DNA of 61,259 nucleotides. Origin: Bryobacteraceae bacterium. GTDB taxonomy: Bacteria > Acidobacteriota > Terriglobia > Bryobacterales > Bryobacteraceae. The stretch covers positions 1-61,259 of the forward strand of contig DATMXS010000269.1 in assembly GCA_035561355.1 (NCBI GenBank). Direction: 5' to 3'. The notes under the pieces were generated by a model that did no database searches, had not been told where the DNA came from, and saw only the letters and a list, made by a program, of their open reading frames with translations. A program made the translations under genes and the position numbers. Positions 39,444 to 50,917 of this stretch are shown piece by piece (positions within the stretch are counted from its first letter, which is position 1; every line of letters begins with the position of its first letter).

Positions 39444-40208
39444 CTACGCTGGAACGGGCATCGCCTTCTCATCCGCCTGCTCGTGGTGCGGCAGCACATC
39501 GCCCAGATACACCATAGTGAGCAGCGCGAAGACGTACGCCTGAAGAAACGCGACGAAAATGTGCAGCCCCATGAAGGGCAGCGGCACCAGCAGCGGTATC
39601 AGACTCATGAAGGCCAGCGTCACCTGCTCGCCGGCGTAAATGTTCGCATAAAGACGAATGGTAAGCGAGAGCGGCCGCGCCAGGTTGCTGATCACTTCGA
39701 TCGGGAACATCAACGGCGCCATCGCAGGAATCGGTCCGGCAAAATGCTTCAGATAATGACCGGCGCCCTGCTCCTTCACACCCACGAAGTTGTAGAAGAA
39801 AAACGTGGCCAGGGCGCATCCGAGAGGCACCGGCGCGAACATAGTCGGCGATTCGAAGCTCGGAATCGCCCCGAGCAGATTGCAGAACAGGACGAAGATG
39901 AAGATCGTCCCGATGAATGGCAGGTAAGGGTGGGCGGCGCGTCCCGCGATTTCGTCAGTTTGCCCGTTCAGGAAGTTGTAGACCATCTCAAAGATGTGCT
40001 GAAACTTGCCGGGACGGTCCATCGAAAGCCGCGGTTTGAGCATCGCGAAGATGACGATAATCGCGAGTACGACAAAGAGTTCCATGGCCATGAAGTTCGA
40101 CCATGGGTGCGCGGGGTCATGCTTGAGCCCCACCAGGTTCAAAAGATAGTTTGCAGGCGCCGCCAGATACTGATTAAAAAGGGCGGTGAGCCAGAGTTCA
40201 TGTTCCAT
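39444..40208 (-). CDS. atpB: ATP synthase F0 subunit a
   Basis: The LSLTIRLYANIYAGE motif (conserved Arg) and a multi-TM profile. Start at internal Met (MEHELWLTALFNQY). Confidence 0.88.
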   Translation of the reverse strand: MEHELWLTALFNQYLAAPANYLLNLVGLKHDPAHPWSNFMAMELFVVLAIIVIFAMLKPRLSMDRPGKFQHIFEMVYNFLNGQTDEIAGRAAHPYLPFIGTIFIFVLFCNLLGAIPSFESPTMFAPVPLGCALATFFFYNFVGVKEQGAGHYLKHFAGPIPAMAPLMFPIEVISNLARPLSLTIRLYANIYAGEQVTLAFMSLIPLLVPLPFMGLHIFVAFLQAYVFALLTMVYLGDVLPHHEQADEKAMPVPA

Positions 40209-40575
40209 TCGCCAGCTCGAAGATGATTTCTGCGATGACTGCGACAACCGCGACAAAAAGGCCCATAACGGCTGCTAGGCCACTCATCCCAAAGACCTTC
40301 ACTATAACATAGGCCCCGAGTCCGATCAGCGCATAGCGCAAGCCCGCCAGCACGAAGACGCGTTTCCCGGGGCGCGCGTCCGGCCCCAGGGCATCGACCA
40401 CCTCATGCAACCACTTGAAGCTGAAGTAGGAAGCCATCGCGGCGAGCGCAAACGGGACTGCGGTTTCCCATCCCCGCCAAGCCAGCGCCGCGATTGTTCC
40501 AACCGCCGCGGCGATAATGATCCACCGGTACACGCGTGCAATGGCGCGCTCATAGAACGCCGTTTCAGCTTCCAT
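40198..40575 (-). CDS. atpI: ATP synthase protein I (AtpI)
   Basis: 125 aa with 4 TM. Immediately upstream of atpB, overlapping it by 11 nt. Confidence 0.7.
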   Translation of the reverse strand: MEAETAFYERAIARVYRWIIIAAAVGTIAALAWRGWETAVPFALAAMASYFSFKWLHEVVDALGPDARPGKRVFVLAGLRYALIGLGAYVIVKVFGMSGLAAVMGLFVAVVAVIAEIIFELANGT

Positions 40576-40789
40576 CGCGCTTCATCTCGCGGTTGAGTTG
40601 CCGGAACAGCGAAACGAACCCGGCGATGATGCCGACGATCAGAAAAATGACGTCGAGGAAGTTGGTGCCGAACAGCTTGTCGAGTCCGTACCCGATGACG
40701 TACCCAATCATCGTCGCGACCGGCAGAACCAATGCGAGGCCGCTGTAACGGCCGACTGCAACCAGCGGGTTGTCATCGCGTTCAGGCAT
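40565..40789 (-). CDS. AtpZ/AtpR-like small membrane protein of the F0F1 ATPase operon
   Basis: 74 aa with 2 TM (LALVLPVATMIGYVIGYGLDKLFGT...). Overlaps the atpI start. Typical leader gene of atp operons. Confidence 0.65.
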   Translation of the reverse strand: MPERDDNPLVAVGRYSGLALVLPVATMIGYVIGYGLDKLFGTNFLDVIFLIVGIIAGFVSLFRQLNREMKRDGS

Positions 40790-40855
40790 CGCAACACCGT
40801 TATAACACCCGTCCCGCAGGCAACACGCCGCTTGTCGTGATACGTTGGGGGCAAT

Positions 40856-42043
40856 ATGGCAACGGTTGCGTGGTTTAACGGGATATTGGTCAGCGAAACG
40901 GGACTCGTCAAAGATGGGCTTCTGGTCGCCCGAGAGGGACGGATTGCCTATGCCGGAGCGCGCCGCGATGAGCTGATTCCCCCCGGAGCGGAGCGCATCG
41001 ATGCAGGGGGGAAGTACATTGCGCCTGGTTTCCTAGACATTCACGTCCATGGCGGCGGCGGCGCGGATTTCATGGATGCCGATCCGGAGCCGGTCTTCCG
41101 CTACCACTCCATGCACGGCACCACGGCCCTTTGTCCGACCACCTGCGCGGCGCCGCTCGATGAGATTCTCTCCGCAGTGGACGCTGTCGAGCATTACCGT
41201 TCCGGCGGCGAGCAGTTCGGGCGCGCGCTCGGCGTGCACCTCGAAGGACCGTACTTCGCAGCGACGAAGAAAGGCTGCCATCTTCCCGAGCAGGTCCGGC
41301 CGCCCGAGGAGCGCGAATGGCGGTTACTGCTCGAACGCGGCGGCGTCGCGCGCATGACGCTCGCTCCCGAACTGCCCGGTGCCCAACCGCTCATCGAAGC
41401 GCTGTGCCGCGCCGGAGCCGTGGCAAGCGCGGGCCACTCGGAAGCCCTCTATCCGGAAATGATGGACGCGGCGGACTGGGGCGTTACTCACACTACACAC
41501 ATCTACTGCGTCATGACCGACGCGCTGAACAACCGCTGCCGCGGAACCGCCGCAGCGCGCCACGGCGGCATCGTCGAGGCCATCTACCTGGATGACCGGC
41601 TCACCACCGAGGTGATCGCCGACGGTATTCACTTGACCGCCGAACTCCTTCGGATGCCTTTGAAGATCAAGGGCTGCGAGAATGTTGCCATTGTTACCGA
41701 CGCCTTGCGCGGTGCGGGCATGCCGGAGGGCGACTACACCTTCGGCCCTCGCCACGGCTTGATGGCGACGGTGAAGAACCGCGAAGCCCGTGTGAAGGGC
41801 GGAGTCGGCCTCGCTTCATCGGTGTGCCCCATGGACGAGATGGTCCGCATCACGCGTGATCTCACCGGATGCCCTCTGTGGCAGGCGGTCCGTATGGCTT
41901 CGCTGACGCCGGCGGAGATCATCGGCTGCGCCGATGAACTGGGGAGTCTCGCCGCCGGCAAGCGCGCAGACGTGCTCATCTTCGACGAGGATGTGCGAAT
42001 TGCGGGCGTGTACCTCGGCGGGCGGCGTTTAGAAGGAGCGTAG
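40856..42043 (+). CDS. nagA: N-acetylglucosamine-6-phosphate deacetylase
   Basis: FLDIHVHGGGGADFMD...HLEGPYF...AGHSEA...DGIHL... is the amidohydrolase metal-binding pattern typical of NagA. 395 aa. Confidence 0.85.
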   Translation: MATVAWFNGILVSETGLVKDGLLVAREGRIAYAGARRDELIPPGAERIDAGGKYIAPGFLDIHVHGGGGADFMDADPEPVFRYHSMHGTTALCPTTCAAPLDEILSAVDAVEHYRSGGEQFGRALGVHLEGPYFAATKKGCHLPEQVRPPEEREWRLLLERGGVARMTLAPELPGAQPLIEALCRAGAVASAGHSEALYPEMMDAADWGVTHTTHIYCVMTDALNNRCRGTAAARHGGIVEAIYLDDRLTTEVIADGIHLTAELLRMPLKIKGCENVAIVTDALRGAGMPEGDYTFGPRHGLMATVKNREARVKGGVGLASSVCPMDEMVRITRDLTGCPLWQAVRMASLTPAEIIGCADELGSLAAGKRADVLIFDEDVRIAGVYLGGRRLEGA

Positions 42044-42245
42044 GGGACGTCGTCCGCTGCCTGGAGTTTTTACATTTTTCACGCCGCCGCGGCGCCAGTG
42101 AGGCCGCGGTCTGGCGGGCATGCACTCGCGCCGCTTTGTATCAGAACACAACTTCAGTCGTGCCGATCGTTTCAGTCAAATCACTCGAGCAAGACCCTGG
42201 CGACTGTGGTACGAGGCCCTGGCAGCCGCCATAAGCTGTTTGGCG

Positions 42246-43025
42246 CTACAGTTTCAGCAGCGTCCGAAGCCTCTTCGTCTGCACCCGGCTCACCGGTATT
42301 TCCGTCTGTTTCTTGTCGTCCATGCGCAGCATGTAGCTCGACTTGAACCAGGGGATCACTTCCTTGATCCGGTTGATATTGACGAGATACGAACGGTGGA
42401 CGCGCCAGAACGTGTCCGGGTCCAGACTGGACTGAAGCTCTTCGATGGTCCTGTAGTTTGATTGACCCTCGAAGTGCAGGGTGGCGACTGTAATCAACCC
42501 GTCGTCGATGGTCGCGTAGATCACCTCATTCGCATCGACGATGAGGTTCCGGTTCGCACTCTTGACCAGCAGTTTGGTCCGGACCGGTCCTGGCCGGGGC
42601 GCGAGCGGCGCTTCCGCCGGCTGCGGTTTCGCGAGCTTTTCCTGGACGATCCGCCGGGCGCGATCGACCGTTAGAGCCAGGCGATCTTTATCGACCGGTT
42701 TGAGTAGATAGTCCAACGCCTCGAGGCGAAAGGCCTCGATGGCGTATTGCTCGTAGGCGGTAGCAAGGATGAAATAGGGAAGGGGTAGCTTCTTTTCCTG
42801 AAGCTTACGGATAACCCCCAGCCCATCCAGCCCCGGCATCTGAACGTCCAGAAACACCACGTCCGGCTCCAGATCCTCCACTTGCCGGATAGCTTCCAGA
42901 CCATTTCGGGCTGTGCCGATCACCTCAATGTCGGGGAATTCCCGGAGGAGATAAGCCAGCTCGTCGGATGCCAACTGCTCGTCGTCTACGATCAGCGCAC
43001 TCAATGATGTCGCGCGATCCGACAT
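42246..43025 (-). CDS. LytTR-family two-component response regulator (no cognate kinase adjacent)
   Basis: REC domain LIVDDE...VVFLDVQMPGLDGLGV plus a C-terminal LytTR DNA-binding domain (...FWRVHRSYLVNINRIKEV...). Internal start within ORF 42246..43274. Confidence 0.85.
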   Translation of the reverse strand: MSDRATSLSALIVDDEQLASDELAYLLREFPDIEVIGTARNGLEAIRQVEDLEPDVVFLDVQMPGLDGLGVIRKLQEKKLPLPYFILATAYEQYAIEAFRLEALDYLLKPVDKDRLALTVDRARRIVQEKLAKPQPAEAPLAPRPGPVRTKLLVKSANRNLIVDANEVIYATIDDGLITVATLHFEGQSNYRTIEELQSSLDPDTFWRVHRSYLVNINRIKEVIPWFKSSYMLRMDDKKQTEIPVSRVQTKRLRTLLKL

Positions 43026-43077
43026 GAGAGTGATAGTATAACATTTCGGTTTTACGGACTTTTCTAAGGAGGTAAGC

Positions 43078-44391
43078 TTGCCCGAAAATGTAAAAATCGC
43101 GCCCGCCGAGGGCAAGCTCGGGGTGCTAACCCCGGGCGTCGGCGCCGTTACGACGACCTTTATCGCGGGGGTAGAAGCCGTGAAGCGTGGCCTGGGATTG
43201 CCGATCGGCTCCCTTACGCAAATGGCCACCGTGCGGCTCGGAAAGCGTACCGACGCCCGGACCCCGAAGATCAAGGATTTCGTTCCGCTCGCCGATGTGA
43301 ACGACCTCGTATTTGGCGGCTGGGATATTTTCGAAGATAACGCTTACGAAGCCGCCACCAATGCCGGCGTGCTCGAGCCCTCGCTCCTCACCCAGCTCAA
43401 GGAGCCCCTGTCGGCCATCCAGCCGATGAAGGGTGTTTTCTATCCCGAGTTCGTCAAGCGCCTGCACGGGACCCACGTGAAGCAGGGCGGGTCCAAGATG
43501 GACCATGCCGAAGCCGTGATGGCCGACATCGAAGACTTCCGCAAGAAGAACAACTGCTCCCGCATGGTGATGGTGTGGTGCGGATCCACTGAGGTTTATC
43601 ATCTGCCCGCCGCCTGCCACCAGTCGCTGAAGGACTTCGAGTGCGGACTGCAGAAGAGTGACCCGGAGATCTCGGCCAGCCAGATCTACGCGTACGCGGC
43701 GCTCAAGTGCGGCGTCCCGCACGCGAACGGCGCCCCGCACCTCACCACCGATAACCCCGCCTTCCTCGAGCTTGCGAGGGAGCGCGCCATGCCTATCGGG
43801 GGCAAGGATTTCAAGACCGGCCAGACGTTCATGAAGACGCTGATCGCGCCCGGCCTCAAGGCCCGCATGCTCGGCCTCGAGGGTTGGTTCTCCACCAACA
43901 TTCTCGGGAACCGCGATGGCGAGGTGCTGGACGATCCCGGCTCTTTCAAGTCCAAGGAAGAAACCAAGCTCTCCGTGCTTCACCAGATTCTTCAGCCGGA
44001 ACTCTACCCCGAGCTGTACAAGGATTTCTACCACGCTGTCCGCATCAACTATTACCCGCCTCGCGGCGACGCCAAGGAAGGCTGGGATAACATCGACATC
44101 CGTGGGTGGCTTGGCTACCCGATGCAGATCAAGATCGATTTCCTCTGCCGGGACTCGATCCTTGCGGCCCCGCTGGTGCTTGACCTCGTGCTGTTCCTCG
44201 ACCTGGCCCAGCGCTCCGGCATGAAGGGCATTCAGGAGTGGCTCTCGTTCTACTTTAAGGGCCCGATGCACGCTCCGGGATTGTACCCCGAGCACGACAT
44301 TTTCATCCAGCTCATGAAGCTGAAAAATACGCTGCGTTGGATGCGCGGCGAGGACCTGATTACACACCTTGGACTTGAATATTACGACTAG
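43078..44391 (+). CDS. ino1: myo-inositol-1-phosphate synthase (archaeal/bacterial type)
   Basis: TTG start preceded by AAGGAGG. KLGVLTPGVGAVTTTFIAGV aligns with the MIPS Rossmann N-terminus. 437 aa. Confidence 0.85.
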   Translation: MPENVKIAPAEGKLGVLTPGVGAVTTTFIAGVEAVKRGLGLPIGSLTQMATVRLGKRTDARTPKIKDFVPLADVNDLVFGGWDIFEDNAYEAATNAGVLEPSLLTQLKEPLSAIQPMKGVFYPEFVKRLHGTHVKQGGSKMDHAEAVMADIEDFRKKNNCSRMVMVWCGSTEVYHLPAACHQSLKDFECGLQKSDPEISASQIYAYAALKCGVPHANGAPHLTTDNPAFLELARERAMPIGGKDFKTGQTFMKTLIAPGLKARMLGLEGWFSTNILGNRDGEVLDDPGSFKSKEETKLSVLHQILQPELYPELYKDFYHAVRINYYPPRGDAKEGWDNIDIRGWLGYPMQIKIDFLCRDSILAAPLVLDLVLFLDLAQRSGMKGIQEWLSFYFKGPMHAPGLYPEHDIFIQLMKLKNTLRWMRGEDLITHLGLEYYD

Positions 44392-44399
44392 ACGCTGAC

Positions 44400-45452
44400 A
44401 TGACGAACGGCCAGCGCAGGGCCGCACCATCCAGGAAGGTGCTGGTTATCGGTGGAACGTTGTTTATCGGGCGAAACCTGGTCGCCGAGTTAGTGAAGGC
44501 CGGACACGAAGTGTGGGTCCTTCACCGTAAGCCCGAGCACGATCTGGGCAAGAAGGTGAACAGCCTCGTGGCCGACCGCAACGACGTTGAGGCTATCAAG
44601 CGCGTCCTCGTCGAGGGTCGCTTCGACGTCGTTTTCGATAACGTTTACGACTGGGAGCGGGGCACCACCGCCGTTCATGTGGAAGCCGCCGCGCGCGCGT
44701 GCAGTTCTCAATTACAGCGCTACGTCTTCATGTCGAGCGTGGCCGCCTACGGAGACGGCCTCAATCACCATGAGGGCGATGCCCTTGCTCCGGACGATCA
44801 TCCCGACCCTTACGTCCGCAACAAGGCCCAGAGCGAACGCGCGCTGTTCCGCCTGCACCAGCGGAACGGGTTCCCGGTTGTCACCATCCGTCCTCCGTTT
44901 ATCTACGGTCCGGGTAACCCGTTCTATCGGGAAGCCTTCTTCTGGGACCGGATGCGCGAGGGCCGGCCGGTAGTGCTGCCGGGTGACGGGCGCCGCTTGA
45001 TGCAATTCGTGTTCATCAAGGATCTTGTCGCCGCCTGCCTTCGGGTAATGGAAGAGCCCAACGCCGTCGGCCACGCGTTCAACATCGCGAACTCGCGCTC
45101 CGTGACGCAACTCGAGGCGGTACAGGCGCTGGCCGAAGCCGCCGCTAAGAAGCCGAACATCGTGCGCATCCCGCGCGAACGGATTTATCAGCTCGGCGGG
45201 CACCCGATGGGTCCGAATCTCTACTTCGGCATGTACTTCGATATTCCGCCGATCACGATGATTGTAACTAAGGCCCAGCGAGTAATCGGATTCAAGGCGA
45301 CTCCGCTCCCGGAGGGTTTCAAGGACACCTACCGGTGGTACCTGCGGCACCAAGCGAAGCGGACCATCGATTACGCATTCGAGGACAAGCTGCTCGCGAT
45401 CGCGCAGGCCCATGCGGCCGCAGCAGCCGCTGCCGCCGCTGCGCACGCGTGA
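44400..45452 (+). CDS. NAD-dependent epimerase/dehydratase family protein with poly-Ala C-terminus
   Basis: VLVIGGTLFIGRNLV and YxxxK (YVRNK). C-terminus reads ...AQAHAAAAAAAAAAHA. Confidence 0.82.
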   Translation: MTNGQRRAAPSRKVLVIGGTLFIGRNLVAELVKAGHEVWVLHRKPEHDLGKKVNSLVADRNDVEAIKRVLVEGRFDVVFDNVYDWERGTTAVHVEAAARACSSQLQRYVFMSSVAAYGDGLNHHEGDALAPDDHPDPYVRNKAQSERALFRLHQRNGFPVVTIRPPFIYGPGNPFYREAFFWDRMREGRPVVLPGDGRRLMQFVFIKDLVAACLRVMEEPNAVGHAFNIANSRSVTQLEAVQALAEAAAKKPNIVRIPRERIYQLGGHPMGPNLYFGMYFDIPPITMIVTKAQRVIGFKATPLPEGFKDTYRWYLRHQAKRTIDYAFEDKLLAIAQAHAAAAAAAAAAHA

Positions 45453-46291
45453 CGCGGCTGGCGCTTCTGATCGTTGCCACCGGGCTGTGTTGCGCGTCAG
45501 CCGCGCAGCAGCCCGGTGAAGACCGGATCTGGCAGGACTTCGTCGAGTGGTACCGCAAGCAGCCAGCCGGCGACTCCGGGATTCGCAAAGGTCTCCTCGA
45601 GCACCTGAAGCGGTCCGGACTGTCCGTGGCGGAGGCCGAGCGCCGCGCCACCCTGATCGACCGCCTCCGCGTGGAGCGCCGTGATGAACTCCATCCGCTG
45701 TTCTTCGACCGCACCTACGCCGACCCTGCGCCGCGCTTCAACACCGGCCCCAACGCTACGCTCGTCGATGCTGTGAGGGATATTCCGCCCGGCCGCGCAC
45801 TCGACATACATATGGGGCAAGGGCGGAACGCACTGTATCTCGCCTCCAAGGGGTGGGATGCCTTTGGATTCGATTTCTCCGCCGAAGGCGTCCGCGTTGC
45901 CCGCGCTGCCTCGGCAAAGGCCGGTGTGAAACTCACGGCCACCGTCGCCCGCCACGAAGACTTCGACTTCGGTGTGGAGCGCTGGGACCTGATCGTCATG
46001 AGCTACACATGGGTGCCGCTGCGTGGTGGGGACATGGAGCGCATCATTGGGTCGCTGAAGCCGGGCGGCCGGGTCGTTTTCGAGCACCTGATGGACGAAT
46101 CCGGTGGAAGCGGCGCTGGGCCGTGGCTGCCAAAGCCGAACGAGCTGCTGGAGGTCTTCCGCAGCCTGCGGATTCTCTTCTACGAGGACGTGCGCGACCG
46201 CGCCGATTGGTCCTGGCGCCCGGAACGCATCGCCCGGTTGATCGCCGAAAAGCCCAGGGCCGGCGCTGGCGCCTCGGGTAACGCGCGATAG
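45449..46291 (+). CDS. class I SAM-dependent methyltransferase with N-terminal signal/anchor (GTG start)
   Basis: GTGA overlap with the upstream stop. Opens VTRLALLIVATGLCCASAAQQ. MTase core ALDIHMGQGRNALYLASKGWDAFGFDFS...DLIVM. Upstream part of ORF 45335..46291 rejected. Confidence 0.65.
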   Translation: MTRLALLIVATGLCCASAAQQPGEDRIWQDFVEWYRKQPAGDSGIRKGLLEHLKRSGLSVAEAERRATLIDRLRVERRDELHPLFFDRTYADPAPRFNTGPNATLVDAVRDIPPGRALDIHMGQGRNALYLASKGWDAFGFDFSAEGVRVARAASAKAGVKLTATVARHEDFDFGVERWDLIVMSYTWVPLRGGDMERIIGSLKPGGRVVFEHLMDESGGSGAGPWLPKPNELLEVFRSLRILFYEDVRDRADWSWRPERIARLIAEKPRAGAGASGNAR

Positions 46292-46352
46292 TGTCCGCGC
46301 CGCAATTTCACCCGCTGAAATCGACCCGTCCGGTGATATCATTCGAGCCGGT

Positions 46353-47177
46353 ATGAAACCCTTTACACTTATTCTTCTCACCGCCTCGCTTGCTCTCTGC
46401 CAGAATCCGGCTCCCGATGCTAAAGGGTGCCAGGACAGCAAAGTCCTCACCCGGCTGCCAGGCTGCCGCATCATGCGCTGCCGCACGGCCCAGTACGACC
46501 TGTTCGAGATGCCGGTCGCCAAGCCCGCCGGCAAGCCGATCGAGAAGAAGGCCCTCGAAGGCGAATTCGAGCAGATTGCGTACGAGTGCGGCGCGGGTAC
46601 GTCCCCACTCGAGATTGCCCGGAACGCCGAGAACGCTTTCCGCCAGGCGGGCTTCAATATTCCGTATTCAGACAGGTACTTCACCACCCGCTTCTACGTC
46701 ACCGCGCAAAAGGGGTCGCAGTGGGCCTACGTCGCGGCCGACGGCAGGCAATACTTGCTGACTACGGTCAAGACCAAAGAGATGGAGCAGGCCATGAAGG
46801 CCGGTGCCGAGGGGTGGATCGAACAGATCAATCAGACCGGCAGGGCCTCGATTTACGGCATCAACTTCGATACCGCCAAGGCTACCATCCGGCCGGATTC
46901 CGAGAAGGTCTTGAGCGAATTGGTCAGCCTGCTTCAGAAACAGCCGGAGTGGTCGATGGTCATTGCCGGCCACACCGATAACGTCGGATCCGACGCGGTG
47001 AACGTCCCGCTCTCACGGCAGCGGGCAGAGGCTGTCATTGCGTGGCTCGCAGCGAAGGGAATCGACAAGTCTCGCCTGGTTCCGGCCGGCTTCGGCTCCA
47101 AAAAGCCGGTTGCGGACAACGGGACCGATGACGGCAAGGCCAAGAATCGGCGCGTAGACCTCGTAAAGCTCTATTAG
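46353..47177 (+). CDS. OmpA-family protein (secreted, C-terminal OmpA/MotB peptidoglycan-binding domain)
   Basis: Signal peptide MKPFTLILLTASLALCQNP. C-terminus reads ...FDTAKATIRPDS...IAGHTDNVGSDAVNVPLSRQRAEAV...NRRVDL. Confidence 0.85.
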   Translation: MKPFTLILLTASLALCQNPAPDAKGCQDSKVLTRLPGCRIMRCRTAQYDLFEMPVAKPAGKPIEKKALEGEFEQIAYECGAGTSPLEIARNAENAFRQAGFNIPYSDRYFTTRFYVTAQKGSQWAYVAADGRQYLLTTVKTKEMEQAMKAGAEGWIEQINQTGRASIYGINFDTAKATIRPDSEKVLSELVSLLQKQPEWSMVIAGHTDNVGSDAVNVPLSRQRAEAVIAWLAAKGIDKSRLVPAGFGSKKPVADNGTDDGKAKNRRVDLVKLY

Positions 47178-47238
47178 CCGCGCGACGGAACCGCAGAACT
47201 GATTCACTCGACGGGCAGGCCGCGCGCGACGGATGGTT

Positions 47239-48168
47239 CTACGCCCGCGGCCTCCATGCTACGCGGTCCAGCACTTCCTTCGCTGAGCGTGCCGTGTTCG
47301 CATGGATCGTGACCGTCTCCTTCACCTCGACTGCGTAACCGCCGGCCAGCACCACAAACACCGGGATGCGCTGCATCAGCGCGGACGCAAAGATCATCCG
47401 GTCGCGTGCGCGCAGGCCATCGACAGTGAGTGCGAGCCCGCCGAGTTGGTCGCGATAGTACGGGTCAGCGCCGGCCACGAAAGCGATAAGCTGCGGGCGG
47501 TGCATCGTAATGGCCGGCACCACGGCCTCGCGCAGCCGGTCGATGTACTCCTCATCGCCCGCTTCGTCAGGCAGGTTGATGTCGATGTCCGAGGGCGGCT
47601 TCTCCGCAGGATAATTGTTGGCCTGCTGGATCGAGATGGTGAAGACCTTCTTATCGCCCGCGAACACCGCCGCCGTCCCGTTGCCCTGGTGGACATCGCA
47701 ATCGACCACCATGGCGCGGTCAATCCGGCCTTCCCGCTGGAGCCGCCGGATCGCCACCGCGATGTCGTTCACGGCGCAGAAGCCCTCACCGTGGCCGGGG
47801 AACGCGTGATGCCAGCCGCCGCCGATGTTGAAGCCGACGCCGTCCCGAAGGGCGAGCCGCGCGGCAAGCGTGGTGCCGCCCGTCGAGAGCCAGAATGCGC
47901 GCACGGTCTGGCGCGAGTACGGAATTTCGAGCTTCAGAATGTCGAAGTAGGTCAGGGTGCCGTTCCGGAGTTTGGTCACCCACTCGGCGGTGTGGACCAG
48001 CAGCATGTCCTCGTCCGGCGCGGGCTCGGGCTGAACGAAATCGCTGGGGCACGCGAAGCCGTCGTTGAGCAGCCGGTCGCGGATCAGGCGGTACTTGTTC
48101 GAGGGGAAAACGTGGTCCCCGAAGTTCAGATCGTAGCCGGGATGCCAGACCAGTTTGAAAGGCAGCAT
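47239..48168 (-). CDS. histone deacetylase-family protein (AcuC/HDAC-like)
   Basis: GGGWHHAFPGHGEGFCAVNDIAVA and VVDCDVHQGNGT zinc/active-site motifs. Start at internal Met (MLPFKLVWHPGYD). Confidence 0.85.
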   Translation of the reverse strand: MLPFKLVWHPGYDLNFGDHVFPSNKYRLIRDRLLNDGFACPSDFVQPEPAPDEDMLLVHTAEWVTKLRNGTLTYFDILKLEIPYSRQTVRAFWLSTGGTTLAARLALRDGVGFNIGGGWHHAFPGHGEGFCAVNDIAVAIRRLQREGRIDRAMVVDCDVHQGNGTAAVFAGDKKVFTISIQQANNYPAEKPPSDIDINLPDEAGDEEYIDRLREAVVPAITMHRPQLIAFVAGADPYYRDQLGGLALTVDGLRARDRMIFASALMQRIPVFVVLAGGYAVEVKETVTIHANTARSAKEVLDRVAWRPRA

Positions 48169-48261
48169 CGTTCGATCGTGAGCCCGGGCCCGCAGCGGCG
48201 GCAAACTCGCCTGCCGGGCGGAATCGAGCGCCCCGCGCGCATCCGGTACGCCGGTCGCCGC

Positions 48262-49248
48262 TCAGCGCGCCTGGGCTTGCACTGCCGTGATTATAGCCGT
48301 ATTGTAGGCGTCCTCGGCCGTGCAGCCGCGTGAAATTATGCTCGCCGGTCTTGCGTTCCCTTGCAACAACACGGCGAGGAGCGCACCCTCGCCCAAGCGC
48401 TCCACCAGTTTATAGCCCATGTTGGCGGCGTCCAGATCCGGGAAGATGAGCGTGTTCGCGTAACCGGCGACGGGCGATCCCGGCGACTTGGTCTGGCCCA
48501 CGGAAGGGTCCAGCGCGGCATCGGCCTGCAACTCGCCGTCTACCTGCAACTCCGGGGCGCGTTCGCGCACGTATCGGAGCGCGTCCACGACTTTGTCAAC
48601 GTCGGGATGCGTTGCGCTGCTCTTCGTAGAGAAGGAGAGCATCGCGACCAGCGGCTCGGTGTTGAACACCGCGCGTGCGGTAGCTGCTGTCGCGATCGCG
48701 ATTTCGGCTAGTTCCACAGCGTTCGGCTGGGCTAGGATGGCGGCATCGGAAAACGCGAGCAGACCCTTGTGGCCGTATTGGCGAGGCCGCACGGCGAGGA
48801 TGTGCGCGCTCGAAAGCCTCCGGAACCCGATCTTCAAATCGATGCACTGAAGGACGGCGCGTACGTAGTCCGCGGTGGTATGGACGCAGCTTCCCACCAT
48901 CGCGTCCGCATCGCCGGCCGTCACCATGAGCGCGGCAAAATTCAAACGGTGCGAAGCGGCGTTGGCGGCCTCCACCTGCGTGGCGCCTTTGGCGCGGCGG
49001 CGCTCGTAGTAGAGGGCGGCGTACTTGCCGGCAAGCGTCGATGCCGCAGGATCGACGAACCGGACACCGGGCGTGGAGCCCTTGCCGATCAGGATCGGTT
49101 CCAGCAATCCATCCGAGGCGAGGCGCCCCGCCGCCTCGAGCACGCGGGGGTCATCGCCCTCCGGGAAAACGATGCGGGCCTTCGGAAGCGCGCGCAGCCG
49201 CGCCTGTTGCGCGGCGATATACTCTACCGCCGATTCGGGCAATGCCAT
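48262..49248 (-). CDS. pta: phosphate acetyltransferase (short form)
   Basis: Internal start MALPESAVEYIAAQQA. ...SCVHTTADYVRA...GYANTLIFPDLDAANMGYK is the Pta/PtaB signature. ~329 aa. Confidence 0.85.
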   Translation of the reverse strand: MALPESAVEYIAAQQARLRALPKARIVFPEGDDPRVLEAAGRLASDGLLEPILIGKGSTPGVRFVDPAASTLAGKYAALYYERRRAKGATQVEAANAASHRLNFAALMVTAGDADAMVGSCVHTTADYVRAVLQCIDLKIGFRRLSSAHILAVRPRQYGHKGLLAFSDAAILAQPNAVELAEIAIATAATARAVFNTEPLVAMLSFSTKSSATHPDVDKVVDALRYVRERAPELQVDGELQADAALDPSVGQTKSPGSPVAGYANTLIFPDLDAANMGYKLVERLGEGALLAVLLQGNARPASIISRGCTAEDAYNTAIITAVQAQAR

Positions 49249-49258
49249 AGGAAGTCTT

Positions 49259-50860
<1,602 letters not shown>

Positions 50861-50869
50861 GGCTTCCCG

Positions 50870-50906
50870 TTATTACAATGAAGGGTTGGCGCGTACAGTA
50901 CGCGCC
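50870..50906 (+). terminator. long near-perfect GC-rich hairpin between mdh and the SET gene (terminator-like, no U tract)
   Basis: GAAGGGTTGGCGCGTAC-ag-GTACGCGCCGGCCCTTC. Confidence 0.4.
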
Positions 50907-50917
50907 GGCCCTTCCCC

